From Luminiphilus sp. (GTDB lineage: Bacteria > Pseudomonadota > Gammaproteobacteria > Pseudomonadales > Halieaceae): a stretch of DNA of 64,000 nucleotides. The first letter of the stretch is position 1. Each line of letters opens with the position of its first letter. The notes beneath the pieces are model-generated. The model ran no database searches. It worked only from the letters and a program-made list of their open reading frames with translations, and was not told where the DNA came from. Both the position numbers and the translations under genes were made by a program. Shown here piece after piece: positions 61,906 through 64,000 of the stretch. The stretch covers positions 43,843 through 107,842 of the forward strand of contig JBJKZJ010000007.1 in the NCBI GenBank assembly GCA_045560455.1. Reading direction: 5' to 3'.

Positions 61906-63999
61906 TTAGGCGAAGGTTTCCCCCGCCGCGATCTTCTCGCCTACGATGGCCGGCGCATCAAAGCGATCACCGTATTGGCTCGCGAGCTCCGCACAGCGTG
62001 CGCTGAAGCGCTCGAGACCGTAGGTATTCACGAACTGGATCAGACCGCCGGTCCAAGCCGGTGCACCAATGCCCATGATGGAGCCAATGTTGCCGTCTGC
62101 GACGGTGCGTAGCACGTTGGTTTCCAGACACTTCAGTGCCTCGATCACCTGACGGAACAAGAGCCGATCCTTGATGTCATCCTCCGCCACCAACGCATCG
62201 GCGTTGTAGTAGAGATCCATGAGTCCGGGCCAGATAGCCTTGCTACCGTCCTCGCCGTACTCATAGAAGCCACCACCGTGATGACGACCACCGCGGCCAT
62301 GTTCCCCTACCATGGTGTCGATAACGTCACGGGTAATCGTGCCGTCACCCCAGTTATCGAGCACACCCATGTCTTTCCATGTCGCCCACGCTTTGCGCGA
62401 GAGTTCCAGACTCACCTCGTCATAGACCGCCAGTGGGCCCACGGGCATGCCAATGGCCTTACCCAGATTATCGATCTGGACCGGGTGAACCCCTTCGGTC
62501 AGCAAACGAACGCCTTCGTCCAGATAGGTGCCAAAGGTGCGCGAGGTAAAGAAGCCCAATGAGTCGTTCACGACGATCGGCGTCTTGCGAATTTGCTTGG
62601 TGTAATCAAAGGCCTTGGCAAGGGCCAGATCACTGGTGTTCTCGCCCATGATGATCTCGACCAGCGGCATCTTGTCGACTGGCGAGAAGAAGTGAATGCC
62701 AATGAAATTCTCGGCATTGGCGCTGGCCTCGGCCAGTTGGGTAATCGGCAGCGTGGAAGTGTTGGAACCCCAGACGCCCCCCTCTGCCAGGCAGGGCTCA
62801 AGCTCTTTGGTGATCTCGTGCTTGAGCGCCATGTTCTCAAACACTGCCTCAATAATGAGATCACAGCCGTTTAGGTCACTGTTTTCAGCTGTAGGCTTGA
62901 TGAGATCCAGCACCTGCTGTGCCTTCTCTTCGGTCATGCGGCCACGCTCAACGCGCTTCTTCAGCAAGCCCTCTGTGTAGGCTTTGCCCTTCTCTGCCGC
63001 CTCCTGCGAGATATCTTTTAGGATCACCTCAATCCCCGCCATGGCAGAAACATAGGCAATGCCCTGCCCCATCATGCCCGCGCCCAATACACCAAACTTC
63101 TGAGTCGTTTGGGGCTTGATATCTTTCGGGCGTGAGGCGCCGCCATTGATTTGATTCAGGTTGAAGAAAAACGTGTTGATCATGTTTTTCGCCACCGGCG
63201 TGAGGGCCAGCTCGGTCAAACCCCGGCTCTCGATACGCATGGCGGTGTCAAAATCGACCCGCATCGCGGATACCGCCACGTCCAAGATCTTGACCGGGGC
63301 CGGCAGGAGACCACGGGTCTTCTGCGCAATCATGGCCGAGGCCACGGGGAGCATCTGCGCCACCGCAGGGTGGTTCGCGTTACCGCCCGGAATTTTGTAA
63401 CCCTTGGTGTCCCAAGGCTGGGTGCAGGCGGCTTCGTTATCCTGATTCTCTGCGACCCAGGCCTTGGCTCTGGGAATCAGATCATCGAGGCTGTCGACGG
63501 TCTCGTTAATCAAGCCCGCTTCTTTGGCCTTGGCCGGCACCACACGCTTGCCCTCAATCAGGTATTCGTTCGAGGCCATCAGTCCCATCAGGTAAATGGC
63601 CTTTACCACGCCACCGCCACCGGGTAGCAGTCCCAGCGTGACCTCAGGGAAGCCCAGTTGCACCGCTTTGTTGTCCCAGGCGATGCGGTAGTGGCAGGCC
63701 AGCGCGAGCTCCAGACCCCCACCCAGCGCCGCACCATTGATGGCGGCGACGGTAGGCTTACCCAGCTTCTCGAGTCGGCGGAACTCCGCCTTGATGGCCT
63801 GTGCTTCATTAAAGAAAGTCTCCGCATTCTCTTCAGTCACCTGGCACAGAGAATTGAGATCACCGCCCGCGAAAAACGTTTTCTTCGCCGAGGCCAGCAC
63901 CACGCCCGTTAGGTCACTCTCCGCCTCGAGCTTCTCGACCGTCTCACGTAGCGCAGGCAGAAACGCCTCAGACATTGAGTTGACAGGACCGTCCATGTC
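61906..63999 (-). CDS. Fatty-acid oxidation multifunctional alpha subunit (FadB/FadJ-like), 5' partial
   Basis: FFAGGDL, GGGLELALAC, PEVTLG, GAGMMG, EAVFE, SNTSTL, HFFSP; frame open to the window edge. Confidence 0.92.
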   Translation of the reverse strand, partial: DMDGPVNSMSEAFLPALRETVEKLEAESDLTGVVLASAKKTFFAGGDLNSLCQVTEENAETFFNEAQAIKAEFRRLEKLGKPTVAAINGAALGGGLELALACHYRIAWDNKAVQLGFPEVTLGLLPGGGGVVKAIYLMGLMASNEYLIEGKRVVPAKAKEAGLINETVDSLDDLIPRAKAWVAENQDNEAACTQPWDTKGYKIPGGNANHPAVAQMLPVASAMIAQKTRGLLPAPVKILDVAVSAMRVDFDTAMRIESRGLTELALTPVAKNMINTFFFNLNQINGGASRPKDIKPQTTQKFGVLGAGMMGQGIAYVSAMAGIEVILKDISQEAAEKGKAYTEGLLKKRVERGRMTEEKAQQVLDLIKPTAENSDLNGCDLIIEAVFENMALKHEITKELEPCLAEGGVWGSNTSTLPITQLAEASANAENFIGIHFFSPVDKMPLVEIIMGENTSDLALAKAFDYTKQIRKTPIVVNDSLGFFTSRTFGTYLDEGVRLLTEGVHPVQIDNLGKAIGMPVGPLAVYDEVSLELSRKAWATWKDMGVLDNWGDGTITRDVIDTMVGEHGRGGRHHGGGFYEYGEDGSKAIWPGLMDLYYNADALVAEDDIKDRLLFRQVIEALKCLETNVLRTVADGNIGSIMGIGAPAWTGGLIQFVNTYGLERFSARCAELASQYGDRFDAPAIVGEKIAAGETFA

Positions 64000-64000
64000 C

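Overview
A gene-dense chromosomal window from a gammaproteobacterium. The acsF gene with PpsR-type boxes, a BLUF protein and the housekeeping gene order suggest an aerobic anoxygenic phototroph, possibly OM60/NOR5 (Halieaceae); that placement is inference. The middle is core housekeeping: aceA, purEK, der-bamB-yfgM-hisS-ispG-pilW-rlmN-ndk, the isc cluster, trmJ/suhB, secDF and purL-mltF-tadA. The ends hold accessory genes. Highlights: (1) a tightly coupled three-gene cassette at 3210-4478 encoding a Sec-type precursor with a double-glycine-like leader motif and hydrophobic core, a two-TM protein and a stand-alone C39 peptidase, a candidate transporter-free bacteriocin/peptide system whose precursor begins with a 12-bp ATG-bearing repeat; (2) a compact cobalamin riboswitch heading btuB-cobO-unknown membrane protein; (3) a lone acsF divergent from a BLUF gene with tandem PpsR-type boxes between them; (4) iscS frameshifted by a 25-nt homopolymer, probably an artefact; (5) an internally deleted acetolactate-synthase-like gene. 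I saw no tRNA, rRNA, CRISPR array, transposase or integrase. All calls come from motif recognition by eye; no searches were run.
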